Positions 1-13,815 of a stretch of DNA of 64,000 nt are shown here, piece after piece. Origin of the DNA: Octopus sinensis (Eukaryota); assembly GCF_006345805.1 (NCBI RefSeq), contig NC_043006.1:103354001-103418000 (forward strand), given 5' to 3'. Each line of letters opens with the position of its first letter. Within the stretch, counting starts at the first letter, position 1. The position numbers and the translations under genes were made by a program. The notes under the pieces were generated by a model. It saw nothing but the letters and a program-made list of their open reading frames with translations, did not search any database and was not told the origin of the DNA.

Positions 1-152
1 TACAGAAATTATGGCATCCAATGTCTACAGAAAATGTCTGCCTCCTTGTGAGGTAGATTTAGCTTCACAAATATGCGCCGTCGAATCAACATCTCCAGCA
101 AAGAACCCACAATGTACAGACATCGACTGAAATAATGTATCTGTATTTTAAA

Positions 153-517
153 ACTCTTTTACTCTTTTACTCTTTTACTTGTTTCAGTCATTTGACTGTG
201 GCCATGCTGGAGTACCACTTTTAGTCGAGAAAATCGACCCCAATACTTATTCTATCAGTCTTTTTGCTGAACCGCTAAGTTACGGGGACGTAACACACCA
301 GCATCGGTTTTCAAGCGATGTTGGGGGGGAGACAAACACAGACACACAAACATATACATACGCATACGTATATATAAATATATACAGTCTTCTATATACG
401 ACGGGATTCTTTCAGTTTCCGTCTACCAAATCCACTCACAAGGCTTTGGTCAGGCGAGGCTATAGCAGAAAACACTTGCCCAAGATGCCACGCAGTGGGA
501 CTGAACCCGGAACCACA
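153..517 (-). mobile_element. tRNA-derived SINE, family 1 (AGTAAAAG-tailed), 5'-truncated
   Basis: Reverse complement matches the full copy at 39830-40209 (GGTTCCGGGTTCAGTCCCACTGCGTGGC head, central microsatellite, (AGTAAAAG)n tail at 153-180). Confidence 0.9.
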
Positions 518-822
518 TTATAAAAGTGTTCTTTATTGACATGAGTCTAGAATTTGAAATTTTGACTTGGTCTCCAATTATTCAGCTTGAGCGCGGGCAT
601 TCAAAGTTTTTGGCTAGCAATGAAGAGAAAACAAAAAAAAAACAAGCTACATAACTTCTGTAACGTACATTTATTTAAATATTACATAAAATGTAAATGT
701 TTAGTGACATCTAAATGATGATGTAGATTTAAGGAACAGTGTTAGCATTACTTTACATACGTGCATCCATGCATACATATATATGTATAAGCCTATATTT
801 GTACATATATATATATATATTA

Positions 823-855
<33 letters not shown>

Positions 856-967
856 CGGGTAAATCGGTATATACATACATTTACATATATTCATATGTGT
901 ATATATAAATATATATATATATATATGCTTACTTACTTGGAAATTTATATTTATATTATTATTATTA

Positions 968-999
<32 letters not shown>

Positions 1000-1629
1000 T
1001 ATTATTATTATTATATATGTAAAAATACCCATTAAAGTCACAAGATCTCATTTCTTCTACCGAAAACATCATATAGTTATTGCTTATAAACAAACGACTC
1101 TTCATTTCTGTCTTATTTCGTGATGTTCTTTATAATATAAGCTCAAATGATTATATGTCGCAGCTATTTTTGAGTAGTTGTTAAAAGTATTTTTACAGAA
1201 TAAAATAGAAAGACAATCTAAAAGAAAAAAAAGACGGTAGAATATACAAAAATAAAAATATAATAAAGGAAAAAATGTAAACGAAATTTAGTTTCAATAA
1301 GCGGTCTAGGAATGAGAGGAATAAATTTCCATTCTTAAACTTATGAATTTCTACTTGATAAATGATACGAATCACACCGTTCTGTTATTTCATTTTATTT
1401 TATCTGTTTTCTTAATAAATCGAAACGAAAATAAACAAAGATATACGCAAATTTTAAATAAGAAAAAGGCAGCCCACCACCATTTTATTGGGAAATAACA
1501 TTTTATTTTAATAAATAGAATTCAATCTGTATTCACTCTGTCTTTTTGTACAATTTTAGTTATATTTCATAATAATAACAAATGGAAACAAAAAAAAGTC
1601 AATTGCATGAGGTTATCTTAATGAGTTAT

Positions 1630-2160
1630 CTTAGAAATGGTGATAATCCATATTGTTTTCACAGGAGTGAATGCCTAGCTTTCTTGTCGGATAGTTTGTA
1701 TTGAGAGTGGTTTTTAATAGCTTTATCTGAATCAATTTTGGGGTTTGATCTCAGAAGTGCAACCTTCAAGGAAACACACATTCGTTATACAAATAACAAT
1801 AACGGTATATTGTTTTGATATATGGAACTTTCACAGCTAAGAGAAATTTTTACGTTATTATTTTATCTTTCCCGAGAGACTGAACAGTGACGTTGATTTT
1901 CACTGAATCTAATATATCTTTTGCTCAAGATATGTCCCTCATATCTTTCTCTATAAATTTAGAAATCTCCCTATAAAACTAATCCTGATGTTTGAATTCT
2001 GTTATATAGTCATAATCTCCTGTGACCAAAATACTGTTTCAATTTTCATTTAAAGTCATTGAACTTCCTTATATCGCTCGTTGAATGTCCTGTCTGTTAT
2101 GATTATCTTTCTTTTCTATAGCCTTTCTACCAGCTTTATGCGCTTCTTTATACGAATCCG
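1630..2160 (-). pseudogene. very old PLE GIY-YIG endonuclease relic (tentative)
   Basis: Minus strand gives fragments such as IITDRTFNERYKE and KAIKNHSQYK that resemble PLE endonuclease segments; many stops. Confidence 0.3.
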
Positions 2161-2329
2161 TGGTGGGAAGATGTGTGGGATGAATATAGATGTCGATTCA
2201 ATGTGAATAGAATTTACGGCAGAACTTATAATTTAGGCACCCGTTTATAGGTATTTCACTTAATTGAAAAACCTTACAGAATATCATTTTTGTTCCATAA
2301 TGCAGTTGGTTTGTAAATAGGCAATATAT

Positions 2330-2398
<69 letters not shown>

Positions 2399-3781
2399 CC
2401 CAGTGTTTCAAAATAGATTGTACTTTGGTTTCATGGGACCTTTGGAGGTATCTCCTCGATTGGGGTCATTTCTCTGAAAAAGATCCGTTTCTGAAAAATT
2501 AGCCTTTTTTTTAAAATATGTTAGCAATCATTCCTCCAGTCTACCATTTAAATCATGCCGACCATTAGAGTATTAAATCTATCAATATCAACCAATTTCT
2601 AACAATGATCACAGATCAAGCAACACTCACACAGAGACGATGATCACCACATATTTCTAGTATGGTGTTGCGACAACTGTCACGTGCGCACACAGACGCC
2701 ATAGACCACATTAAAAAGAAATATATTTCAATGATTGTCAATGATTTACTTACCAACACGCGTCCACCATTGGTTCATGGATCCATTGTTTCACCTGTCT
2801 CACGTCTATTTGATAAAAGTGTCAAGAAAAAACGAAAAAGAAAATATAAATTTTTGTATCAACTTCAGGTATGAAATTCGCTTTTCAGGAATCAAAGGAA
2901 TTGACAAGGTTATGATTGCGCCTGTTATTATTGAATCCTTAGCCACTCTGTCGAAGAATTTGGGAGTAAACTGTGACACACTATTATGTTGGAAAGAAGG
3001 TACTGTCGCATTTCTTGATGTGAAGGAAACCATTATCTTTGGTCTTTATATATATATATATATATTATCATTGAGTAATGTCTATTGCTGTTTTCATTGG
3101 ATATGATTATAGAGAACTCAATTTCCAAAAGTTGTGATGATTCTACTCAGACAAGTTTCGATAGCAGTTCTACTTTTCGATGATGAGAAGATGGACAAAT
3201 CTTTGATCAAGCTGAGAAGCAGTCGGATGATGAGGGTGCATAGATCCTGTTTGGGGGGGCTTTACTTTTAATTTATGCAGGTGTTTTATGATTGCTGTCT
3301 GACGTCAACTGTGTTTTGCTGCTTCTCGTGAAATTTTTCTTTCGCTTTTCTTCAACTCGGGTTTTCACGAGCTCACCACTAACACAACCGTTATCCAGAT
3401 CGAGGGAAGTCTACGAGACAAAACTTTCCCGAGCGAAACTGGAGAAACAATTGTTGTCATGTCCAGATACTTGAAGTTTCATTTCTATAGAGAGTACGAA
3501 TATTTATTATCACTGCCATTGATGAAGAGCCCCTTGTCAATTCATACAACATGCAGTACATGATCTGAGTCTGATCTAAATTTATTTTGAAAGAATAAAG
3601 TTGATACGAACTGAACCACTAGAGTGTAAAGTAATCAGCAAATAAAGGAAAACTGTAGAATGTAAAAATGAATACGTATTTTGACATAAGTACCGTAAGT
3701 ATTGATATGATCACTCAGTGATCATATCGAAATCGTGATCATGTACCGGCAATTTATACTTACATAAATAAATACATATAC

Positions 3782-3844
<63 letters not shown>

Positions 3845-4079
3845 TATATATTATATATATATATTATATATATATGTATATATAATGAAATTGAGAAACA
3901 GAATAAAATAAATTGTACACGACACAAATAAATGCGATAGGGATAGAAGCCACCATGTAATGATTATCAATGTACAACAGGAACATCATCACCAAACTAG
4001 AGGTAAGCCACTGAGTTTGTTTTCAACATTCATTTCTAATCTAGTGACACCTGGAATTCATTCCTCATATCCCCTGTAA

Positions 4080-4500
4080 TCTGCAGAAAATTTGCTTTGT
4101 TCTTTTTTAGATCCATCGTACAGTTAGGTTTTGGATTACCAGTACTTCGAGTCTGCTCGCCTCATTCACTATATTAAATAATATGTACACGCTTCCATAT
4201 GCTCTGCTTCGATCCTGTCACACATTTGCCATGATCTACTTTCAAGATTTCTATTTGAGGCCATACAAAACCTCCTACCATGTTTTGAAACTTAGAAATA
4301 TATAACATTATTGCTACCCACTTTCTGTATAAATTCGTTGAGGAAAGCCACTCTGCTTCCTGTTATACTTTGTCCATTCTTTATTCTCTTCCCTGAGTGA
4401 TATTTTATAACAGAAAAATCACGAATCTGCTTTATTTCTCTTATGGTCTTTCAACGTGGCAACTCCTCCGATCATTAACAAGCGATCAAAATGAATATTT
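4080..4500 (-). pseudogene. possible decayed LINE (RTE-like) 3' end
   Basis: Purine-rich minus strand with a QDRS-like terminal motif; no continuous frame. Confidence 0.2.
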
Positions 4501-4804
4501 TCATCACTACTTGAATGCACAAGAATGATAAGTTGCTGTGTTTTTTAGCTCCTGGCAATGCTATATGCATTTTTCAGTGTTGCTTTTAAATGAAAGTATT
4601 TATGCCTATGAATGTATCTGCCTATTTGTCACCCCTATTCAAACTCATTCTCCAATCAGTCTTCGTTATTTCAAATTTTTCGAAGTTAAAGAAAAAAAAA
4701 TCATTCAAATATATCCTTGCTCTGAGGTAGACTTGGAGAAAAACATTGAAGACGTCGTCGATAACTTCCAAAATCACACCACCACCAACTAAAATACGCT
4801 TGAC

Positions 4805-4870
4805 GACGACAACAACAACAAAAACAACAACACAAAAAAAAACAACAACAACAACAACAACAACAACCAC

Positions 4871-4907
<37 letters not shown>

Positions 4908-4927
4908 GTAATAATAATAATAAGAGC

Positions 4928-4965
<38 letters not shown>
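4805..4965. repeat. (AAC)n/(AAT)n compound microsatellite
   Basis: Directly visible. Confidence 0.95.
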
Positions 4966-5439
4966 CTGTAGACAGAGTAATTTAATAAGACTTTGTGTAG
5001 AATATCATTATACGGAATAGATTTCTAGCATCATGTAAATATTTCATGTCGTCTATAAGTACTCTATGTCATGTTTCTAAGGAAATTTATTGAAATTTCT
5101 CATTTCAGTTCAACTGATATTTTAAAATTTTGTTTCTGATATTCAAGTATGGAGCTTTCAGACAAAACAACTTCAGATTTGTCATTTATCTTGTTGCTAT
5201 TCTAAATATTTCGTATTTCATCAATATCATTTACGTTTTAAAAAATATATGACTGAATGCTGAAGAGATATTTTAGGAGATGTAAGAAAGTGATTAATAT
5301 TGTTATTCCAATAGCTAGTGAAACTGGTTCACGTGTTGTGCTCTATGGTTATTTTATTTTCGATTTATATCGCAATGTTCTATAACACATTCCTAGCATT
5401 GCTTTTGATGAATTTTAGCTTTGGTTTTACACCCCGGTC

Positions 5440-6615
5440 ACAGATCTCCCAGTTTGTATGGTCTACCCTATAAATTCTATGTATTAATGTCAGATTTGTT
5501 TGGCGATCTCTTGGCAGACATCTACCGTAACTGGCAACAGAACGGGAGAATGCCTAGTGGTGTTAGCAGAGGTGTGGTAACACTGCTGAGGAAGGACACT
5601 GGTAAAGGGGACGTAATAGAGAAATTTGAGCCCATAACTCTGCTAAACACTGAGTTTAACATTTTGGCCAATATTTTAGCGAAAGGGAGGCGAACATTTT
5701 GGCCAAGATGTTAGTCGTCGGTAGTCTGGTTTGGAGAAGCGCAAAAGTGCCCAGTCCCAAGCAGATCTATCCACAACAACCTCCATCTTATTCGATACAT
5801 CATAGAGAAGGCTGGGACCACAGTTGGCTTTGGGGGTACTCAGATCAATTTGGATCAATCAAAAGCATTCAATTGGGCCAACCATCGCTACTTTGAAGCC
5901 GTCCTGAATACAGGAAGTTTCGGACCCGTTTTCAGAAGCTCGATCGCTGCACCTGTTCAGTGATCAAAGTGATCAAAGTAAACGGTCACCCATCGGAGCC
6001 GTTCGGCATCGCACGCTCGGTCCGTCAGGGCTGCTTGCTGTCACCTCTTCTATACGTATTCGCACTTGAGCCACTGTTGCGGAAGTTTGAACAGCTAAGG
6101 GGATCCCTTTTGAACTGGGACAAGGAAAGGCAGTGTCAGCATACGCAGACGACACCACCGTCGTGGTGTCGGACGCCTCCAAAGTGGAGACGCTCAGCAC
6201 CATCCTAAAGGAATATGAGTCGGTTACAAGGGCTAAAATCAACGCCGACTAATCGGTGGGTTCGCGGTTGGGCCCCTGGAGAGGCAGAACGAACGAAGCT
6301 ATCGGACGGCGATGTCGGATGCTGGACCGACGGACTAATTAAAGTGCTCAGGGTCTGGTTTGGTCCCGACCTCCAGATTGATAAGAACTGGGATGAGGTG
6401 GCGAACAGGGTGGCCAGTCTTAACCAGAAATAGGCTGAAAGAAGGCTTCCCCTGAAAGGTCGGGTGGAGGTGACGAATGCTTACATCGTCTCTGTTATCA
6501 GTTATCGGCTGAGCATCGTTTCCCGGTTGTTTCTTCACAACGTTGTAGCGTTTCTTATTGAAATTCTTGTGGAAGGGACACATTCCAGTGGTCAGGTAGT
6601 CAGTCTGTTGTCAGT
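5440..6615 (+). pseudogene. L1/Tx1-clade LINE ORF2, reverse transcriptase region (frameshifted)
   Basis: Across frames: PSLYGLPYKFY, PITLLNTEFNILANILAK, LDQSKAF, RQGCLLSPLLYVFALEPLL, SAYADDTTVVV, KINAD - the ordered non-LTR RT motifs. Confidence 0.92.
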
Positions 6616-7749
6616 ATAAGGGGCTGTGAGATGTCGGGTTACTGTCTTTAACTGACTGTGGAGTTGTAGTGGTAGTCAGCAAATATAACTGTTTCTGTTG
6701 TAAATATAAATATCACCAGTTATAAGCCTCAGGTTAGGCCGCGTTTATATGTTTATGCATGAGTAAAACTCGCTGTGTCTTAATGATTTAGTTGCTAGGA
6801 GAAGTTTAGAGGTGCAGACAGAACGCTAGATGTAATATACAATCGTAGCGGCGTTCAGCATGTATGCTGAATATACTGACATTTCACTATCAGGTTAAAA
6901 TAGGATAAGAAAATGTGTTTCTGATGGCAAGGGGAAAATATCTGCGGAGGTGAATTTAAGAAGTTATGTTTATCTTAAGAATGTCATTTCGTTTCTTCAT
7001 ACTGGGTTGACTGTATTTTTCCTGTTGACAAAGGCTTGAGTATATCTTCATAACGGTGTATGCAAATAAATCTTTACCTTATTCATTTTTCTTATAATCA
7101 TACGATGAAAGTTGGTACCGATAATACCAAGAGAAGGACTGGATTCAATAGCAATCATTTATTTACAGAAAGTAAAAATATATGCAATGAATTTATCACA
7201 ACGTAATAGTGATAGGAAAAATTGCAGTAGATATAATGAAGAAACACATGATTTAAACGGAATCTGCCGCGCGAATGACGACAAGTAAAATTTTCTTATC
7301 TACTTCTTCAAAACTACACTAAAATGTTTGAGGTCATGCCGGATAAACATTGCAAAATGGCATTGCCAGAATAGATGACGAGATCCCGTGTGGCAAACCG
7401 AGTGTCACTTAATAATTTCCCGAAAATCAGGATTTTTATATCTGCCGTAAATCTGATTCTAAGAACATTTCGTCAGTGAAAAGAAACTTTTCACGAAGAT
7501 TAGAATCAAAGTATGGACAGTAAAATAGACCAATGAAAAAGCGTAAGACATTTTATAAAAAAAAGACAGCTGACACAAACTATGACGTCATGAGGCTGCT
7601 GCTGCTAAAGTTTTATAATCGCTACACCAGCATCCTCTGAGTGGCAGATTAGGTGTGCCTTGATTCCTAATACGCAGACACGGTCTTGGGTTCCGCTACC
7701 TGCAACGATCTAGGGACGGTGAGCGTGTGTGAACTCCATTTGTGAGGCT

Positions 7750-8815
7750 CGTCTTTCCGCAGATCGTCTCGTTGACAGCGCTGTAGTGCTGGATGACGGA
7801 AAGATAGACACTGGGCGCTTGGCACCTAGAATGTCGTCAGGCGCTCACAACACGCTACCAGTCGGGCAATGGGATCAGTGGGTGTTCTGCTTTAGAAATT
7901 TATAGAGGATTAGTAACAAGGAAGCTGGGCGACATTTTCGGGGAAACTCTGGGTGCCGATGCGAACGAACTGGCTAGTCTGTTCCGGAGGACTTTCCGAT
8001 CGGGAACTATCATGGATAATTTCCAGATGTCCTTGACCTGGCAGTGCTACTGGAAAAGGGGGCTACCGGTTCAAGATAATCTCTACATGCAGAGATGTGC
8101 TGTCAGATGGTCTTGTTCGAGGCAGAGTGACGAAACCGTTTTACGCGCCCTCATTCAGAGTCCGGACATTGCTGACTTGTGGAGCTACGTTGAACAGCTG
8201 CTCTCACATGTAGGATGAATCCGTCTGTCGACTGAGTCTGTAGTGATGATCGCTCCGCCGCCCTCCTTCAATCGGACACGCAAGGCAGTTTTCCTTTGCC
8301 TGGTGGCTGTGGCGAAAGAGGTTGTTTGGATGACAAGGATGAAAGGCATGAGGACAGACACATTCCTATTTGGTAGAGCTCTCATTCACTTTTTCAAGTT
8401 TCACTTGAAAAGGAAACTGAGAGTAGAGCGGGAAGTGTTGTCCTCGAGTGAATTTATTGAAAGGTTGCTGAAAGTTGTACAAATGACACTATTGGCTGGT
8501 ACCTTTCTAAGTGTAGATCTGTAAATCGGAGAGAAGGAATTGAAGAGGGCACATGCTCCTAGGGTTCCAGGGAAATTTCGTATAGTGGGGTTCCTCGATT
8601 AACCCTAGAGGCCTTCCTTATCAGGAGGGCCACATCTCTATCATCCACCCCGCCATTTTTCTACCTGTATATTTTATGCATATGTCCCTTCTTTTTCAGT
8701 GTATACCGTATATACATACGTTTTTATCATTTCATCGTATGGAAACCCTCACACATTATGTCTGTCATTGTATTGCTCTCCTCATCCTTCACCCTTGTGG
8801 CAAATAAAGGAAATC
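7750..8815 (+). pseudogene. L1/Tx1-clade LINE ORF2 C-terminus plus 3' UTR (continuation of 5440-6615)
   Basis: FQMSLTWQCY..LPV, DETVLRALIQSPDIADLWSYVEQLL, AVFLCLVAVAKEVVWMTR resemble the decayed Cys/His C-terminal region of Tx1-type ORF2; stop at 8524, then UTR and a simple-repeat tail. Confidence 0.8.
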
Positions 8816-8902
8816 ATCATCATCATCATCATTATTATTATTATTATTAATATTAGTATTATTGTTTGTAGTAGTAGTAGTAGTAGTAGCAGCAGCAGCA
8901 AC

Positions 8903-8955
<53 letters not shown>

Positions 8956-8956
8956 C
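8815..8956. repeat. (CAT)n(ATT)n(AGT)n(AGC)n compound microsatellite at the LINE 3' end
   Basis: Directly visible. Confidence 0.9.
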
Positions 8957-9589
8957 GAAAGGTTATATTAGTGTTCAGAAATATATTCTAAAATCAATGG
9001 CTGCCAGTATCGATCAAACGGTGGAATGAAAACAACGGTTTTAAAAATTTACCCAGTAAGCAGCAAACAAGAACTGGAAAACAAAAGATGGAGTCCGAGG
9101 TAGAGGTGCGAGGGGAGGAGGAGGAGGAAGAGGAGAAGAAGGAGATTGGGGAGTAGGATGCGGAGAAGGAGGAGGAAGAGGTGGAAATGAATTTGAACAA
9201 CAAAATCAACGACAACATCAACAACAACATCATCAAGAATAGATAGGATAAATATCGTGGATTAGGGATAAAATGCTTCAGCGAAAGCAAGTAAAAAAGT
9301 TTTCAAGTGCGAATAGCTTCAGATAAGCTGAAGCAGAATTGTTATTTAACCGTTGAAAAGTGTGAGAGAAAGAATAACAGTGATTTCACACTATTGTACA
9401 TGAGATGAACGGTTAGGATCTTGCAGGGAATTGTTTACTGGTTTTTTAAATAATTGTGGTGATTTGATGAGATGATGAAAATAAGAGTCGGTTAGAGTCG
9501 CTTGACAACCTCTCAACTGCGGTCGGCTTTCTTCGTATTCTGCCATAAACCACCCCAAAAACGACATCAATACGACGACGGTCACCGCT

Positions 9590-10313
9590 ACCAGCACCAG
9601 CACCAGCACCACCACCACCACCACCACCACGACCACCATCACGACGACGACCACCACGACGACCACCACCACCACCTCCACCACCTCCACCACATCCACA
9701 ACCACCACCATCACCACCACCACCAGCACCACCACCACCACGACCACCACGACCACCATCACGACGACGACCACCACGACGACCACCACCACCACCTCCA
9801 CCACCTCCACCACATCCACAACCACCACCAATCACACCACCACCACCACCATCACCACCACCACCACCATCACCACCACCACACCACCATCACCACCACC
9901 CCACCACCACTAGCACCATCACCCACCACCACCACCAACCACCACCACCACCATCACCATCACCACCACCACCACCACCACCAGCACCTCACCACCACCA
10001 CCACCACCTCCACCACCTCCACCACATCACAACAACCACCACCATCACCACCCCCACCACAACCACCATCACCACCACCACCACCACCAGCAGCACCGCC
10101 AGCACCAGCAGCAGCACCACCACCACCACTACCACCAGCACCACCAGCACCAGCACCAGCACCAGCACCACCACCATCACCATCACCACTACCACCAGCA
10201 CCAGCAGCACCGCCAGCACCAGCAGCAGCACCACCACCACCACTACCACCAGCACCACCAGCACCAGCACCAGCAGCAGCACCACCACCACCACCACCAC
10301 CACTACCACCAGC

Positions 10314-10344
<31 letters not shown>

Positions 10345-10345
10345 C
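9590..10345. repeat. (CAC/CAG)-rich block with higher-order duplications
   Basis: 9601-9720 repeats at 9721-9830 (120-bp period); 10087-10160 repeats near 10201-10275. Confidence 0.9.
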
Positions 10346-10912
10346 CGCCTCTACAACCAACCTCATCAGCAACAACAGCCGTCCAAGAATTTGGACCTGG
10401 AGATCTCCATTTCCAGCGACTTCGAAGGCCACCTCAACGAAGAGCCCTCGACTACAACAAGACGACCAAAGTTTTTATTTCCAAGGTCTGGGGTCTCCCG
10501 CCCCTAGGCCCTAGACCATCATCTGATCACCCTTACCCGTCTTGTTGCTTAACAACAACAACAACAAGCAACAACAAAAGAAATGAGAACATACGCGCTA
10601 CAACGACGACGACGATCGTCAACAATAGCAACAACAACAACAGCACCACTACATCCACCACCATCACCACCACCACCACCACCACCACCACCACCATTCC
10701 TCAAAATTATTTTATCTTCCTCCAAAACCAGCACATCTATTAAAACAAGAAAATCAACGATAAATAAAAAGATAGTAAGATGTTTACACCGATAGCGCCC
10801 AAGCTACAGCAACAGGAAAACACACAGAGAAATTAAGTGATAATATTACTAGGCATCAAGACGTATAGTTTTCGATGATGCGACTAGGGTATATTTGATA
10901 GAGAGGTAGGAT

Positions 10913-11075
10913 GGCAAGGTGGCAGAATCGTTAGCGACCTGAGCAAAATAGCGGCATTTCGGTCGTCTTTACATTTTGAGTTCAAATTTCGATGAGGTCA
11001 AGCTGTTCTTTAATCACCTCGGGGTCGATATAATAAGCTTCACTTGAACACTGGGGTCAATGAAATTAACTTACT
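10913..11075 (+). mobile_element. tRNA-derived SINE, family 2, diverged
   Basis: GGCAGAATCGTTAGC head and GAGTTCAAATT B-box-like motif; matches 38003-38234. Confidence 0.75.
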
Positions 11076-11468
11076 CCATTCTTTAAAACTAATGGCATTG
11101 TGACAAAATTGAAATCAATATTACTTAGAGAAGCAATGACATTTGAATTTATTCAAGTTGCCCTTAGAATATGGGGACGAGTCACACTGCGTAGTGTAGG
11201 GGAAACTTGAAATTGTTTTCTTTCATCCATCCATCCATCCATCCATCCATCCATGCATTCATGATTTAAATAACAAGTACATACACTACTCCTCAATCGA
11301 GCTTATAAGGTGCTTAGAAGAATAAGCATAATTTTCTCGCCGAGCTCAATGGTAATATGAAGTCCACACAGTAGCAAGTGCGTCAATTTCCGAAAATATC
11401 AATGTCTTTACTCTGATGTCGTTAGTTTTTTTGTTTATGTATCGCTAAAAAAATATGCGTATATATAT

Positions 11469-11520
<52 letters not shown>

Positions 11521-11630
11521 TTAACAATTGAGGATAAATCTTTAACAGAAATTATCAGTAGTCAGCGTGAAAAACCTCGTAAGAGAAAAAATCCGTAATT
11601 CTTCCTCTTTGAAAATATTCATTTATATTA

Positions 11631-12327
11631 TATTGAGGTACACTATTCGTAGATACCAACACGCTAAGAGGGACCAATGCGGTCAAAACTACTAAAAATA
11701 AACAAAATTTTACCGAATGCAAAACTTCAAAACACATCATTTTAAAAAAGAATTCAGTTACATATCACATGTGATTTCGCATTTAATGCAGAATATGCAT
11801 TTCATGTTCATCAGTGCAACAAACTCAAGAAATATAAGAGAAAACATAACATTACAAGCTCGATAGCCAACCGTAGAATTCGTCGTAGCATGTCCGAATG
11901 TTTATCTTTACATATCTATGAAAATGGCGGGCTTATTGTTAATTTATATTTTTCACCGGAATAGTTCAATACTGAATTTTTATTCCGACTAGACAAAATG
12001 GTACCGAAATGCATTGCGAATAAGCCCGCCATTTTCATAGATATGTAAAGATAAACATTCGTACATGCTACGATGAATTCTACGGTTGGCTATCGAGCTT
12101 GTAATGTTATGTTTTCTCTTATATTTCTTGAGTTTGTTGCACTGATGAACATAGAAATGCATATTCTGCATTAAATGCGAAATCACATGTGATATGTAAC
12201 TGAATTCTTTTTTAAAATGATGTGTTTTGAAGTTTTGCATTCGGTAAAATTTTGTTTATTTTAGTAGTTTTGACCGCATTGGTCCCTCTTAGCGTGTTGG
12301 TATCTACGAAAAGTAGTACCCTCAATA
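11631..12327. mobile_element. foldback/MITE-like element with ~307-bp terminal inverted repeats
   Basis: 11631-11937 is the near-perfect reverse complement of 12019-12327; 81-bp spacer; flanked by TA-rich sequence. Confidence 0.9.
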
Positions 12328-12329
12328 TA

Positions 12330-12399
<70 letters not shown>

Positions 12400-12425
12400 T
12401 ATATATATATGTGTGTGTGTGTGTA

Positions 12426-12592
12426 CCGTTAGCGATTTTCTTTCCTCTGTCTTCCCTTCTCTGGATCTTTCCTTCTCCTATGTTTCCGACGAAACATTAA
12501 ACCCTCCTTCTTTCCTGAGCGTCCAATAATACTATATTTGTTCCACGTCCTCGCGTTGTGTTTTTTTGTGCTTTCATGTTTGGATTAACTAT
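12426..12592 (+). mobile_element. PLE-type terminal repeat family A (hammerhead helix II deleted)
   Basis: Matches the reverse complement of 42996-43185 but lacks GAGCTCCGCTCGAA. Confidence 0.75.
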
Positions 12593-13059
12593 ATATATAT
12601 ATATATATATCAGAAATTAAAAAAGGAAAAAGCACACACTTTACATAGTTTTAATATAATTTTTTATATATCTGATATTTTGTTTGTCGACCGGTTTCAC
12701 TTTCGATAATCATGACATTAAAATTTATTTAAATGTGTATTTTCTTAAGAAGCAATTTTCTTGTCCATGTTGTGTGTGGAGTTTATGAATGAATGTAATT
12801 GGTTATCGTTACTATTGTGGACAAGGAAGATAATTAGTCTTCTTTCAGTGAGGGTGGGTGGAATATATATATATATATATATATATGTACATACACACAA
12901 ATTTAAAAACTAGAGTAGTGGAGTGAAATATGTACAATGATGGGCACGTAATCGTGAAGAGAAATATATATAGACATCGATGTTGGTTATGCGTGCATAT
13001 TTAGTCGTGTTTTATATTTTTCGATGAATGAATTTTCTTTATTTAAACGTTCTTATAAA

Positions 13060-13815
13060 AAATTATATATTTGCTCTGGTAGAAGGAAAACTGTGAAATT
13101 TGGTTTGATGCTACCCGCTCATCTCGCTTTGTGTTCACTTAAGGGCATCTCTCTGTATTGCGGGAACAGGATCTGCTCTTTATGTAGAGTAGTTTTCCGT
13201 CTCAATGACACACTCTTCAGTCCTATATAGTGATGCTCACAACCCGAGCAGGCTATTACTTAAATTAGGTTCTCAGAGGTACAAGTGGAGTTGGCTTGAA
13301 TTGTGTACCTCTCTCCTTGTTTGAAAAGGAATTTCGAGCCTTCAAGTAGATTGGGGAAATTTCCAGTTTGGGCGTCCACATTTTTAAACCGTTGGTTTCA
13401 TGGTTGTTGTGTAAAGCTTTGCATTTGTGACAAGTCTTTTTAGCGATTTGTGTTGCATTTTGCATTTGATGAATTTATGTGCTTTCAGGACGTTCCTTTT
13501 TAGGTCTCTAGTTAGTAAAGAAAGATTTTGCGCAATAGTGTTGTATGCTTCATTGTTTCTAGGGTTGTGAGTTGATACATACAGTAGTGTTTTGAGATGA
13601 GATGTGGTGTTATGCTTTATAGTCTTTAATGTTTTTATGTCTAATTTCTTGACACGTTTAATTCCATCGTCTATAAGTGAGGGTGGATACTCAGTTAAGT
13701 TTGTTCTGAGGTCTTGACGACGAAGGTCTCGAGTAGTTTTATCAGACACTATTGTGCCAAACCTTTTTGCCAAATTAAAGGGAATATCTATTTTGATGTG
13801 TTTCGGGTGGCATGA
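13060..13815 (-). pseudogene. Penelope-like element: RT thumb, Cys-rich linker and GIY-YIG endonuclease relic
   Basis: HPKHIKIDIPFNLAKRFGTIVSD, YVSTHNPRN, KCGRPN, YIGLKSVSLRRKTTLHKEQILFPQYR; homologous to 51750-52680. Confidence 0.88.

Noticed and set aside
1-130. Open frame TEIMASNVYRKCLPPCEV...CTDID*
   Set aside because: Short, cut by the window edge, and no recognisable homology.
3704-3728. Perfect 11-bp hairpin followed by GAAA
   Set aside because: No CUGANGA-type core upstream; too little to call.
9502-10743. 413-aa His/Pro-rich ORF
   Set aside because: Mostly a stop-free CAC/CCA repeat; composition flips H to T to P with repeat indels. Only the short unique island is kept as a weak finding.
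12140-12175. CTGATGA...GAAA inside the 11.6-12.3 kb foldback
   Set aside because: The five bases between the core halves cannot form helix II, and helix III is unpaired.
12685-12717. Hammerhead-like motif with AUGAUUA core (possible A3-U8 pair)
   Set aside because: Helix I and GAAAC-CG-GUC are present but helix II does not pair; more likely a decayed copy.
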